Source of the DNA: Trichoplax adhaerens
Lineage: Eukaryota; Animalia; Placozoa
Direction: 5' to 3'
Assembly (NCBI RefSeq): GCF_000150275.1
Contig: NW_002060943.1
Location: forward strand, 670,239 to 734,238
DNA length: 64,000 bases
Translations under genes and position numbers: made by a program
Shown here: positions 1-11,900 of the stretch, one piece after another
Layout: each line of letters begins with the position of its first letter
How positions within the stretch are numbered: position 1 is the stretch's first letter
Notes under the pieces: generated by a model
The model's database searches: none
Told to the model about the DNA's origin: nothing
The model's input: only the letters and a program-made list of their open reading frames with translations

Positions 1-27
1 AGAATGAATCATGTCTGTTCCACTTAC

Positions 28-206
28 TCGATAGAATTGGCTTTCTTTTGTTTTTTGAAACTGTTTCGATGATGATTTTTATGCTTGGTTGGCTTGATAT
101 CGATTTCTTGTGAAGCTGGAGAAGGAGTATGATCACTTTGTGAGTCTTGTAATTGGCCATCGTCATCGATGCCACCATCGACCACAGAATTGCTCATGTC
201 TTCCAT
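28..206 (-). CDS. Coding exon of an unidentified gene that runs off the left edge (acidic/Ser-rich, then basic: MEDMSNSVVDGGIDDDG...KHKNHHRNSFKKQKKANSI)
   Basis: Open frame from ATG at 206 ends at a perfect GTAAGT donor (22-27 on the minus strand), phase 2. An in-frame CAG acceptor at 230-232 means it could instead be an internal exon. No recognisable domain. Confidence 0.55.
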
Positions 207-390
207 ATTGAAAGTTGTGCAAGTCAAGGCTGGAGCAATTAATTTCTTCTACCGTCTCCTAGGAATATCTCGATTTCAGCGTACTGTACCTAGAGTCTTT
301 TCCATTCATTTGTTAGTATTGTATCGCAAACAGTAGCGATAATATAGTGTATTACTATGGAGACACCATTCTTTGGTGGTGGTGGAGACA

Positions 391-1226
391 TCGAAAAGGC
401 CAGAGAGATGGACGGACAAGAAACGGCCGTTCACTCGAGTCAAAATCAGCAGAACGATCCAGTTGTTGGTCATTGAGCTGTACCGTATGTCTGTAATTGT
501 ACACTATACTATCCACGATGGTCATGGCATGCAATCCAAGTCACGGTATTTTAGTGCTGTATCTACAGTATATTGTACTGTGCCGAAGGGTGAGTGTACT
601 GTACACTGTACTGTCCAGTGTCCGTCATGGCGTGCATTCAAAGCCAGGGTAGTTTACTGAGATCGAAAAGGCCAGAGAGATGGACGGACAAAAAACCGCC
701 GTTCACTCGACTCAAACTTAGCAGAACGATCCAGTTGCTGGTCATTGAACTGTACCGTATGTCTGTAATTGTACACTATACTGTCCGCGATGATCATGGC
801 ATGTAATCCAAGTCACGGTACACTTGCTGTATCTACAATATATTGTACTGTGCTGCAGGGTGAGTGTACTGTACACTGTACACTGTACCGGACTGTCCAG
901 TGTCCGTCATGGCGTGCATTCAAAGTCAAGAGCAAAGTAAAGAGATTGAGAGACAGCAGAACGATCCACTAATTGGTCATTGAACTGTACCGTATGTCTG
1001 TGATTGTACACTATACTGTCCACGTTGGTCATGGCATGCAATCCAAGTCACGGTATTTTAGTACTGTACTGCACCTACTGTACTGTATACAGTAGTACAG
1101 TACAGTATATTGTACTGTGCCGAAGGGTGAGTAACTGAGTATACTGTACTACTGTACACTGTACACTGTACAGGACTGTCCAGTGTCCAGTGTCCACGAT
1201 TGTCATGGCATGCATTCAAAGTCAAG
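391..1226. repeat. Tandem repeat, ~272-bp unit, about 2.8 copies, rich in TACTGTAC/GTACAC motifs
   Basis: tcgaaaaggccagagagatggacggaca recurs at 391 and 663; agcagaacgatcca recurs at 448, 720 and 955. This explains the near-duplicate ORFs 373-660, 594-806 and 769-972. Confidence 0.92.
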
Positions 1227-1767
1227 TCCTACTGTACTGTACTGAATGTCCATTGCATGAAGAAACTTTTGCTTAATTCAAAAAGTTGGACAAAATCAGT
1301 CAGTCGCTATCCACAAGCATGGACTAACCTAGTAATATTAGTCGTTGATGGCATAATGCAGTATAGGACAGAGGTAGTGTTGTGTATTTGTCGTGTTACT
1401 GTTGATAGGAGGCATTGAGGCTGTACGCTCAGTAAAGTACAGCATAATGAGTGAGGGGTCTACTAGTCTACTATCAAGATAACCAAACCTTTCTCAGGTC
1501 TAGTCTGACATCTCTCTCTCTCTTAGTAGTCTAGCGGATCAACATGGATCCAGTCTAGCGATCAAAATGCGCTAAAGGGTTTCTTTCTTTTAAAAGGATC
1601 TTAGCTAACTAATCATAATATGTAGTACTGCTGGTACTTTAATTTTCCATTTTATTAGGCTTCCACTAGGCGTCTATACAGTACAGTATACAAACAGAAT
1701 ACTGTTACTGTACACTGTACAATTATTATGCAACATTGCTACAGACCATATGGAAAGTCTTGGTAAA

Positions 1768-2062
1768 GTACTGTACTGTACACTGTACACTCAGTGTACA
1801 GTACAGTACAGTACAGTACAGTACAGTAGTACGGCCGTGGCTGTAACAAAGCACTGTACATATATGACACGGGTCCGGACCAGACCGGACCAGACCAGAC
1901 CATGAAGATCTCTCCGTCACAGTACTGTACTGTACATTAAAGTGTACAAGTGCGTGTACCGGACCGGACTCTTACAGGTACAGTACTGGTAAAAGTGCCG
2001 TCACTGACCGCAGTACAGTACAGTAGTGCACAGTACGGTACGGTACTGTACTGTACACTGTC
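1768..2062. repeat. Low-complexity (GTACA)n/(TACTG)n and CCGGAC-repeat tract directly upstream of the ATP synthase g start
   Basis: (GTACA)6 at 1796-1825, repeated ccggacc/agacc units at ~1875-1900 and 1959-1969, and further cagta/tactg runs to ~2060. Confidence 0.8.
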
Positions 2063-2150
2063 CACTTCAGACTTCAGATGCAATGAAATCATCTATCCCA
2101 TAATGCACTGCCCTACGCACACAGACGCAGATGCAACATCGTTGAACAAG

Positions 2151-3343
2151 ATGGCGCAGAAGGTGGTTCAATTTGGTCAGAGGTTTGGTACCCGTGTAGT
2201 CAATTCATCTCAAAGTAAGTATTTCAAATGTTTAAAATGATCTTCTAACCCATAGTTTAAAACACATCCTCCATTAGAAATGATTGTTCGGTAGCGTTAA
2301 AGCCTGATCGATGTACTTTCCTAACTGAAATGACGAACCAGTGGATGAAAAACATGTCCTACCGGTCGTTGTACAGTGTGATAGGACAAAATAGAATAGC
2401 CTGCTGTTGAGTAAAACGAACAGTCGCAGTCATGACTGGAAAGAGAAATGATTATGTAGGCTAGTCCTAAATAGACTTGAGAATGGACATGCTTTTACTT
2501 TACTAAGACTAAGGGCTTGTTCACGATATCGGATCAAATATGGATCGACGTTACCACCATCGATACTGTACGCAGATTGTCCAAGGGGTGTAGGAGCTTG
2601 GTGCATTGGAAAATCATATTTCACAACGCTTATAGGATTCCCAAAATGGATAGAAATGTCATAAATAGATTACGCTATGATGGTTCAACTTGGTGTGAAC
2701 GATATTGTAATGGTAGCCTTCAATTTAATTTATCCAAAGGTTTTTACAACCTTCATGATAGTTCTAGCTTGCACCCCTCCGTGTCAAGACCATGACTGAA
2801 GCCGTTATGCGTATTACACTAATCGATGCAAGGGATACTATAGACTGCTTAACTTTACGGAATCATTCTTTTAAATGAGTTACTGTCTTATAAAAGTGAA
2901 CATCTGCCATAGATGAAAGTAAACTTGATAATAGAAATCTTTAAATGCAATCGTTATCTGTATAGAATGGAGAATGTACGATTGGCTCAAGGCTAACTTA
3001 ACTTAATGTAGCTAGACGATGATAGTAATTACTTGCATAGTATTACACCATTTCTAACGTAGGCTTTCTGTCATGTCCTATAGCTATAGCTCGAGCAGCA
3101 CAGCCTCGCTTGGCTACAGCTTGGTCTTATGCAAAAGTCGAGATGAGACCTGCTATGCCATCAGAATGGCCTGCAGTCAAGAAAGGATTTTCTGATATGG
3201 CTCAAAGTGCTGTCACTGGTCGTTTCTTGGATTACAATGTGCGTCAAGTAACCCAGAAAGCTTTAGTTTTTGTTGAAGTATGCTGTTGGTTTTACGTTGG
3301 AGAAATTATTGGCAGGCGTAGCATAATTGGATATAACGTATAA
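2151..3343 (+). CDS. ATP5MG: Mitochondrial ATP synthase subunit g; exons 2151-2214 and 3084(or 3090)-3343
   Basis: Exon 1 MAQKVVQFGQRFGTRVVNSSQ ends at a GTAAGT donor (phase 1) and joins in frame to ...QPRLATAWSYAKVEMRPAMPSEWPAV...EVCCWFYVGEIIGRRSIIGYNV*. This carries the family motifs YAKVELxPP and WFxxGExIGRRxxxGY. Confidence 0.95.
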
Positions 3344-5915
3344 ACATAGTGTATTTGCTTTTACGCATGGTGAAAAATTCTAGTTGATTGACTTGAAGTT
3401 CTTGATGTCATGACATCAACTATTTTTGACATACTTCTGTAATGCTATCCAGATGATGATTATTATTATGTTATATATCTCATGCTGATAGGAGTTGACG
3501 TCAATGGTAGTTTGCAATGTAAATCAAACACACATCTTTGTCCATGCTAGCTGTCATTATTTGCTCCAATAACATACAATTATTCGTGTAAAAGGAAACA
3601 ATTCAATTTCATATTCAATTTTTACTTACAGCTAATATGGATAGTGCTTTATTATGTATCTTAGGGTCGGCTATATCGTAATATTCTGCCCGTGAAATAA
3701 AAAGCAATCAACTTCTGCTAATTTCTGTGACTCTTAAATATCTTGGATTGCTTGACTAATAATGGATTTTAAAAGTTGATATAACGTGCATTACAGACGT
3801 TGACACTAGTTGGATGATTCAAACTTATACGTACATCAAAATGAGTAGACTACTCAATATTTATTTAATATAAAGTCATCACAACCAGAAATGTAGTGGT
3901 CCTATGTGGCACTATTTTCCTATTACAAATTATTATTTGTAGCCTAGGATTGAGGCAAATTCATATGGTCATTTAGTCCCTTACAGATACTACTCCCTTC
4001 GGCTAGTAATATTTTATACAATCTTTAGTAGTGCCTAACGGCTACAGTTTATAGCAGCGTTTCAATCTATGGATTACATAGATTCTTAACAGAATTGTTA
4101 CCAATTGCTAATACATTTCATTTATGTTAGTATTGACTGACTTTGTTTCCAATACTGAATGTAATCCTGAATATATAGTTGCTTACTAACGTTAGAAATA
4201 CGATCTAACACATTACATATTTCTAATAACTAAATTGAAACCCTGTTTTTAAAGCTTCAATTAACAAGCAAAGATAATGTATACAAGCTTGTACATACTG
4301 GTAAAGGAAGTATATGACGGTAAATGATAAGAAATGGAACAATTTTCAATGCATTTTATAAAGCAACAACTTTGACGAGGATCATTGCAGTGAAGCGGCT
4401 AAGAGGTGATTACTTTGAAGTAATAACTTGCAAGGTATAACTATCATTACTGCTGGATCGAATAAAAAATTGTACGTACTGTATATAACGTAGAACGAAT
4501 GCGGGAGTAGTTGCTGAGGCTTTGCAATGCCGTTACTGTTCTATGCAATATTCAATTTCGTGTATATTACATAGCATACTCTGGATCTAATACAGGCTAC
4601 TAGGACATCACAATAGTTAATTTAAAAGAGGCAGGATACAAAAAACAAACACTTGAATCCTAAATCGAATAGGAAAGCGTCAAAAATAAAATAATATTGA
4701 TGCTATTAATCTAGGCGTCTACTTCTTGGATATTCGTGACTAATGCGTACGCCTACGTCATACCTAAACTAAAATACGAATGTTTTGTGGCTTCTATTTC
4801 ACTTTCTACAAAATATGAATTATTATGCGGTGTATGAATAATTTTTTATCTTCTCAACTAGCATAGGGTTGACTATTTACTGTGGCATTCAGTTTAGCTA
4901 GTGCGACTATGCAATCTTCCTAAAGGTTCTTTATTTATAATAGATAGATGGCAGCCTAACTGGCGTGTGTTAAGTGTTATTTGACAGTTGGAGTTGATAT
5001 TTATGTAATTGAGACAAAAGTCGCTTGTTTAGTGTAGTATAATATGACCAAAATTTGAAATAGAGAAGAAAATAACGTAGAAAACGCCTGCTTGGATAAA
5101 TAGATACAATAGACTTGCCCTAGATCGCCATGGTACGCAGATTTAATAGAGACGGCTACAATAAATTTTAAAGTTATAGTGATTCAGAAAATACAGTTAT
5201 AAAGAAGTTATCTTGTATGCTGATTTAAACCTGAAGAAATTACTGCCATAGATTAGAATTTTCTCATCACCAAAGAAAATATCGATCTATACTATCCTTT
5301 AGTTGAAAGTTATAAATAAATGTAAATAATATTTTATGACTTTTTTACAGATTATCACCTTTGATTGTAGTAATACTAATTAATTCTAGACTTTGTACCA
5401 TCAGTCTATTAGTTTCGATAGACTGCAAATAGTAGCACGTAGTTGTTCAACTAGCCGTTACAGCGAAAGAACGGATTGAAATTGAAGGGAACAGGGTAAG
5501 CTAGAATATTGAATGGAATTGGTCTTTCCAACGTTATTACTCTACTACATTACAAGTAGATACCGGACTTACTTCTTTAATCTTAAATCCATTAATTATA
5601 ATATTAATCTGGAATTGCCTTTTAGCCTTGAAAATCTACTAACTGCTTGAAGATGATGCTGCAAGTAAGAGAAGGATATTGTCATTTTTTTGTGTGTGTG
5701 TTTGTGCCATCTTAGTATTTATACAACTTGAGATACAAAAGTATACTTTATGTCTTAAAGCGAAATAAACAACAAACACTAATTATCTATGAGTTTACTA
5801 TGTAAAGATTAACCGCTTTGAAGGTTTTTTAAGAAAACTGTAGCTATAGTTTCTACTACTAATTCCAAGATAATTTTTAAAAGCATAAGAATATTCGATG
5901 TGTTTATCCGTGTAG

Positions 5916-8900
5916 ATGCAAGAAAATGCAGAGCAAACTTTTATCAACGATATTTTAGCTCAGGCTGGGTAAGCCAAATTATAAGACGTGTGGCTTATAA
6001 TTTTAACCAGATACGACCTACAGATCTCGTATTTGATAGTCATAACATTTTACACAATCGGTTTTAATCCCAATGATAAATTCATAATTTTTTACGCAGT
6101 AAATTCATAGTACAGTATTATAATTTCCGAATTAATTTTACAGCTTTCGATCGCGTAGCTTTGGAAATGTGACACTTAGGCAATCGAATTCCTATTATAC
6201 CGCAAAGGTAATTACTTCGAAAGAAATATTGAAACGAATAAAATAAGGTTAATAAGGTGATATTTGTACAGATCGCAAATTTCTCACATCAGTGAAGAAT
6301 TACGTAGGGTTGTGTAGGAGAAAGAGTAGTCTTTATTATAGTTCATACTGACTTTTGATAAGTTAAACAGTGCAGCTTTATGGCCTAAATCAATAAATAG
6401 CCAATAAAAAAGAATAGCGTTGTTAGCTTGCAGAAAGTAACTATATTAGTACTGAAAAAGTTAATTTCATGCTTTAAAAAGTCAAGAAACAGCCATAGAA
6501 TTGGATCTATTTTGTTTTTATTTTCTATGTCATTGAAAAAACAAGTACATTCGAGTGCCAGCTCACATCAGATCAGAACACATTTACAAGTTATTACACG
6601 AACACTGGCAAGTTTTACACCCTGCGCTTATAATATCTATCTTGGGGCAATATAAAGATCAAGATCAATCCTATTGGGGAAATCGATTGTGCCAGACATT
6701 AAATCAAGCAATGCAAGATTTTACTGTTCTTGTAATTACTGATGGCATTAATCACAGCTTAGTGAATTCAGTAGGTAGGATGTTTGCAAAGCAACGACTT
6801 CAGTCTTCTTACTGCAAATCGTCGCTTTTGGGAATTCCAATCTGGCAACAATTAAAAAATGATAAAGTTCTTATTGGAAACAATGTAAGATATGCGAACA
6901 GATATAATCATTTTTTTTCTATTGGAGTTTAGCATAAAACGAATAGCATGGCCATAGATTGATTATTCTGAATATGGAATTACTAATAGTAATTTAATAA
7001 ATATGCTCCTACATCAACGTTATAATTATAATTAGGAAATAGGAATGACATCAGCTGTTTATGATATAGAAGCCGACGCAAATAGTGATGATCAAAGCAA
7101 TTACCTCGAACCTTTTCATGATTACTTAGTTATGATAGATACAGCCAATGCTGATCAACAGGATGAGGTGAGAGGTAATTTTCTTGCATCGATGATCAAA
7201 CAGTTATCGTTATCATGGGCACCAGGTAAGATTGTATCTATATAATTACTCGCTTATATATATATGTTACCTCTACTTCTACATTCTTCGTACTCATGTG
7301 AAGTTATCAAAGTGATTCTAGACTAATTTAAAGTGTTACAGTTCATTCATAATTTGTCATCTAAAACAAACGCCATAACTTCTTATACAGAACATTGGGT
7401 ACAGAAAACCTCCTTAGAGTCCGTTCCATATCTCCATATTCTTATTGGTGGAGATTTAGGCGCTATTATTCAAACATGTCGGCTGTTGAATGATCATCAA
7501 CCAGTGATTATAGTCGATTGTAGTGGTCCAGCAGCCCAGTTACTTTGCCATATTTTCAGCAAGCGAATGTTCTTTCAGTAAATCAATCCTTAATCTATGT
7601 AAATTAGAACTGCTAACGTTTTTAATATCGAAATTTGAATAATAAGAAATAGTAATGGTCAAAATTTTAAAAGCAATTTCTTTGGCTAAAATATGATAAA
7701 GTATTAACGTATTGAATTTGCTTCCATTTATAGGGAAGGAAATGCAATGATTACAGATGATGATATTCAGGGCCTTATTGCAAAAGAATTTCATCTTTCG
7801 GATACCAAAAATCCATTAATTCAAAATTGCACCCAAAATATACTCGGTATCCTGAGAAAATCTTCTCAAGTAAGACTTAACTTGATGCGGCTATAGTAAT
7901 GATAAGAAGTTAAGCTGCCCCTCAGAAAATAAACCATTTAGCTTTGTCGTAGGTATACATTATTAAACCAGCTGAGAATTTCGAGCAAAGGCTATATGAA
8001 ATAATCTTTCAGGGTTAGTTTATGAAATTAAAAATAAAAATTATAGAAAAGGTATATCGTATTAAGATATTTATTTCGATTTAAAACTTTTATTATTAGC
8101 TTATGCGTATGACATGGTTGGGAAACTAAAGTTACAGATCTTATACAACAAACTTGATCAAGCTCAATTAGATAAAGCGCTGTATAAGTTGGTAAGTTAA
8201 TTCATAAACCTTAAACCAAGAGAATATGTAGTTTTTTATCGCAATATTACTAAGATAGGATGTAAATGTATCAGTGTTTGTCACGAAACGAATTTTTGTG
8301 ATGATTCTTGATTTATTCAAGCTGAATTTTATAAGAGTAATCTCTGCTTCATTTTGCATTCGAATTGATTTCTATACTAATCGCTGTTTTACACATTAAA
8401 AAGTATGTTTCCTGTCTAATATAACACGATCCTAATGCTTGACATAATTTCATGATAACGATGTATCCTTGGAATATTTCCAATTCCTATCAGACGCCTA
8501 TAATAAACTACTAGTGTTATTAAAGAGTATTTTATGAATGTTTCCCGAGCGAATTGTACCTTAATTTTATACGGCTGTTTTTCCTCTAAGTGTTACACAC
8601 GATTTGTGGCAGTACTATCATTGCTTTTTGCTTACTTCTCATTTTATTCATTGGCAATATGAATTCTATAGTGCTGTTCTACACATCCGGTAGATGATTT
8701 CATTAAGAAAACGGCTTTAAGTCGAGGTTGCAAATCATCGGTTTATGCCTTACTCCAGAATGGGCAGTTAACCTTATTTTCAGCCATGGATTCATTGCTT
8801 AAATCAAATACAGTTTCCGATCATGTCATTGATACATTATCCAGTTTAATGGATACTATGGATGCTGATTTAATACAATATCTTACGCTGAGACGGCTAG

Positions 8901-11900
8901 AAACTATCTATCAGAAGGTTGTATTATATTTTTTAAAATGTCTTATTTTCTTTTTTTAGATAAATAGTAAAATAATCGTTAGATAAATTTTACATGAAAT
9001 TGCTAGTGGCATGGAAAACGTTACGTAAATCGTTGCACTACAAGAAAATAAAATTGTTACGAAGTGTATTTTAATCAAGCAATTCTACCAGTTTTATAGT
9101 ACTTTTTTAAACATCTGATAAGTTACTTTGCCTGTACTTCTATTTTTGTATAATTCTACACTAAGACAGTTGAATTTATACCAGTCTCTAAGTTAGAGAA
9201 GTTCATTAAAGTATGTACCATAGTCTTAAGGTTTTTCTAATAACGCTCTCTTATTTAATTTATCCCTTATGGCATGTCAATTCAAAAGTTTATAAAAAAA
9301 TTCGTGATATACTGTTCTTTGATCTCTCTTGCATCGTGTCGTAAAGTAAATAACAAGCTAAAATTAACCTTAAAATTTCTTTTTACCATAGAATTTAAAT
9401 AATTTGTTAACTTTTATTGGCTTGTATGCTCATGATCGAGCTATCCGTAGCAATGATAATCTTCATAAGCTTGATGATAGTCAGTTTCTGCATAAAGTTG
9501 GTCTTCGTATAGCAACGCTGCTAGGACATGATTATCGTAATCCATATGGTTGCCACGTTGAAACTCAAGGCATTGATAATACATTGAATCTTCAGCTCCA
9601 GTGGCCTGTTCGAGATCTTTTTTTGTGGTCTATCCTTACTGGTCGTTATAATTTGTCAATCGCTATTTGGAAAAGATTAGCCCATCCTATAGCAGCTGCT
9701 ATCGTCGCAAGTCGATTACTTCAATCACTTGAAAATGACCTAACAGAAGAATATCCACAATATTGTCAGGATTATCCTCGAAAACTAAAAGCAATTCAAA
9801 AGATAACCAGGTTAGCTGTGTGCAACCTAAATTTTAAATTAAATTTATCTTTACAGTATACAGCGCAAAAAAAAAACAAGTGCAGCTAGCATTTTGTCAT
9901 GTATAAAAAATTATTAGTAGCTTTCACAATTTCTTAGCTATTTTGCGATTTAAATTCATGACTAAGTTCTGTTTCTTCTTTAATAGAACCTACCAGAATT
10001 TAGCATTACAAGTTATGGACGAAATTTATAGTAAACATCCAAAACATTCAGTATTAGATCTCCTACAAGAATTACCAGAATGGGGCCATGTATCGGTATT
10101 CAGTCTCATTTTTACATCTCAAACAGCAGACGACCTAGTAGAACATGATTGCTACTATAATGCTCTAAAATGGCAGTGGAATGGGCAATTAATAAGTTAC
10201 TTGAAGAGAAAAGAGGTATTTTTTAGAAATATTCTGTTACTAACTTACTATTGTAACCCATTGCCTCTATAACGGTGCTCTTACGGCTTGTTACGGTAGC
10301 AAATCTATTTGCATGAAAGTAATGCTCTATAAATCATATCTTGTATTATTTATTATACTACGAATATTAGTGAATCTTAGGGACTACAAAAGCATAGAAA
10401 TCTCATATTTTTAGTAGTCTTTGCTACATGGTATTATTTAATAATGCTTCATATCTATGCTCTTGCTGAGATATGAACCTGAGTATAAAGGTACTTAAAA
10501 AAGCTGTTCTAATTTTAATTGTTATAGCCTCAAAATCGCCTTAATGATAGCGACGAAAGTACTGACCGTCGTAAGTTATTTCCTCGGAGCCATTGGTTTT
10601 ATAAATGTACAACACCTAAAATATTGTTTACAACCAATTTCGTAAGTATCGTACTGTTAATTAGATTTATTTCTATTTACCTTAATATTGAAAATACTGG
10701 GCATTTCTGTTATACTCGTAGTAAAATTTCGGTTTGCTATACATTACCTTCTAGCTGGCCTATATCCTATTCATAATTTTATATGCCGCTTTCCTATTCA
10801 ATTTCAATTCTGCTATAAATTCAACTGAAATTGTAACCGCTGTATGGGTGCTGTCATTCTTCATGGATGAAATATCACAAGTAATCTAGTTAACCTAAGC
10901 TTACATTATTTTGGAGCTGCATTGAAAGTATCTAATTTTAGAATGCAAAGATATTAACATTAATTTCCTCATAGACAACTTGGAAAGATAGTATTATCAT
11001 GCTTATTACTATAGTTTAGCTGCAACTTTATTGATAACGAATAATTGACATCTAGCCACGCATATTTTATTTCACTTGCTAAGATAATTCGATCGCCTGT
11101 GAAAAAGTGGAGCGAAAAATTGATATATTGGATAAAAGATGTTTGGAATTTATTTGATATTAGCGCAATATTGGTATTTATTGTAGCATTTATATTCCGA
11201 AATTGGTTTATCGAAGTAGCGAGAATCCTGTACGGGCTAGATTTTATCATTTTCACTCTCAGGTTACTGCAAATATTCTGCATCTGGCCTTCACATGGAC
11301 CTAAACTTCCAATGATTGGCAAAATGGTAAGATTAAGTTATCAGTTCATTCTCAGTTTTTGGGCTTTAAGTTCTTTACAGAATAGAATATTGGGTAGATT
11401 TACTCTGCTGGAAATGGGCGATTGATTGTGTCTATATTTACTTAGCTATCAACTATAGCGAAGCAAACAGATATATTGAATTATTCTAGTAATCATACAA
11501 TATGTTCTGCCATACTTTATTGAGTCCTTAATCCACATAAGAACAAGATAATTCGAAATTTTATTATTTGATTATTATGTTAATAATGTTTTATATTCAT
11601 ATAACAGTATCAATCGATTTATTGCAATGAAGTTAACTAACTTTAATGCAGTAAAATTTTGATATATTTAAGAGTAAGATGACTTAATGGAACAATTCCA
11701 GCTTAATTATAATTTATTATGAACTTCAAGCATTATTAGCAATTAATGTAATAATATCTTGCCGCATGTAAGAGCAGAGCGATTTGATTCATAATTAATT
11801 CTATGGGATCGAATTTGACTCGATTAAAGATTGCTGCTTAATGAATTCTACTCTCAGCTAGGAGACTTGATGTCTTTTTTGGCCATTATGCTGGTTTTTG

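Noticed and set aside
373-1418. ORFs of 67-95 aa with mutual similarity
   Set aside because: They are translations of the 272-bp non-coding repeat in shifting frames.
5130-5665. Candidate upstream TRPM exons (donors near 5133, 5496 and 5665)
   Set aside because: No unambiguous open, phase-consistent path to 5916 was found. They may be 5' UTR exons.
8463-8471. GTATCCTTG resembling a U12 5' splice site
   Set aside because: It lies inside a GT-AG intron whose flanking exons already join in frame, and it is not at an exon boundary.
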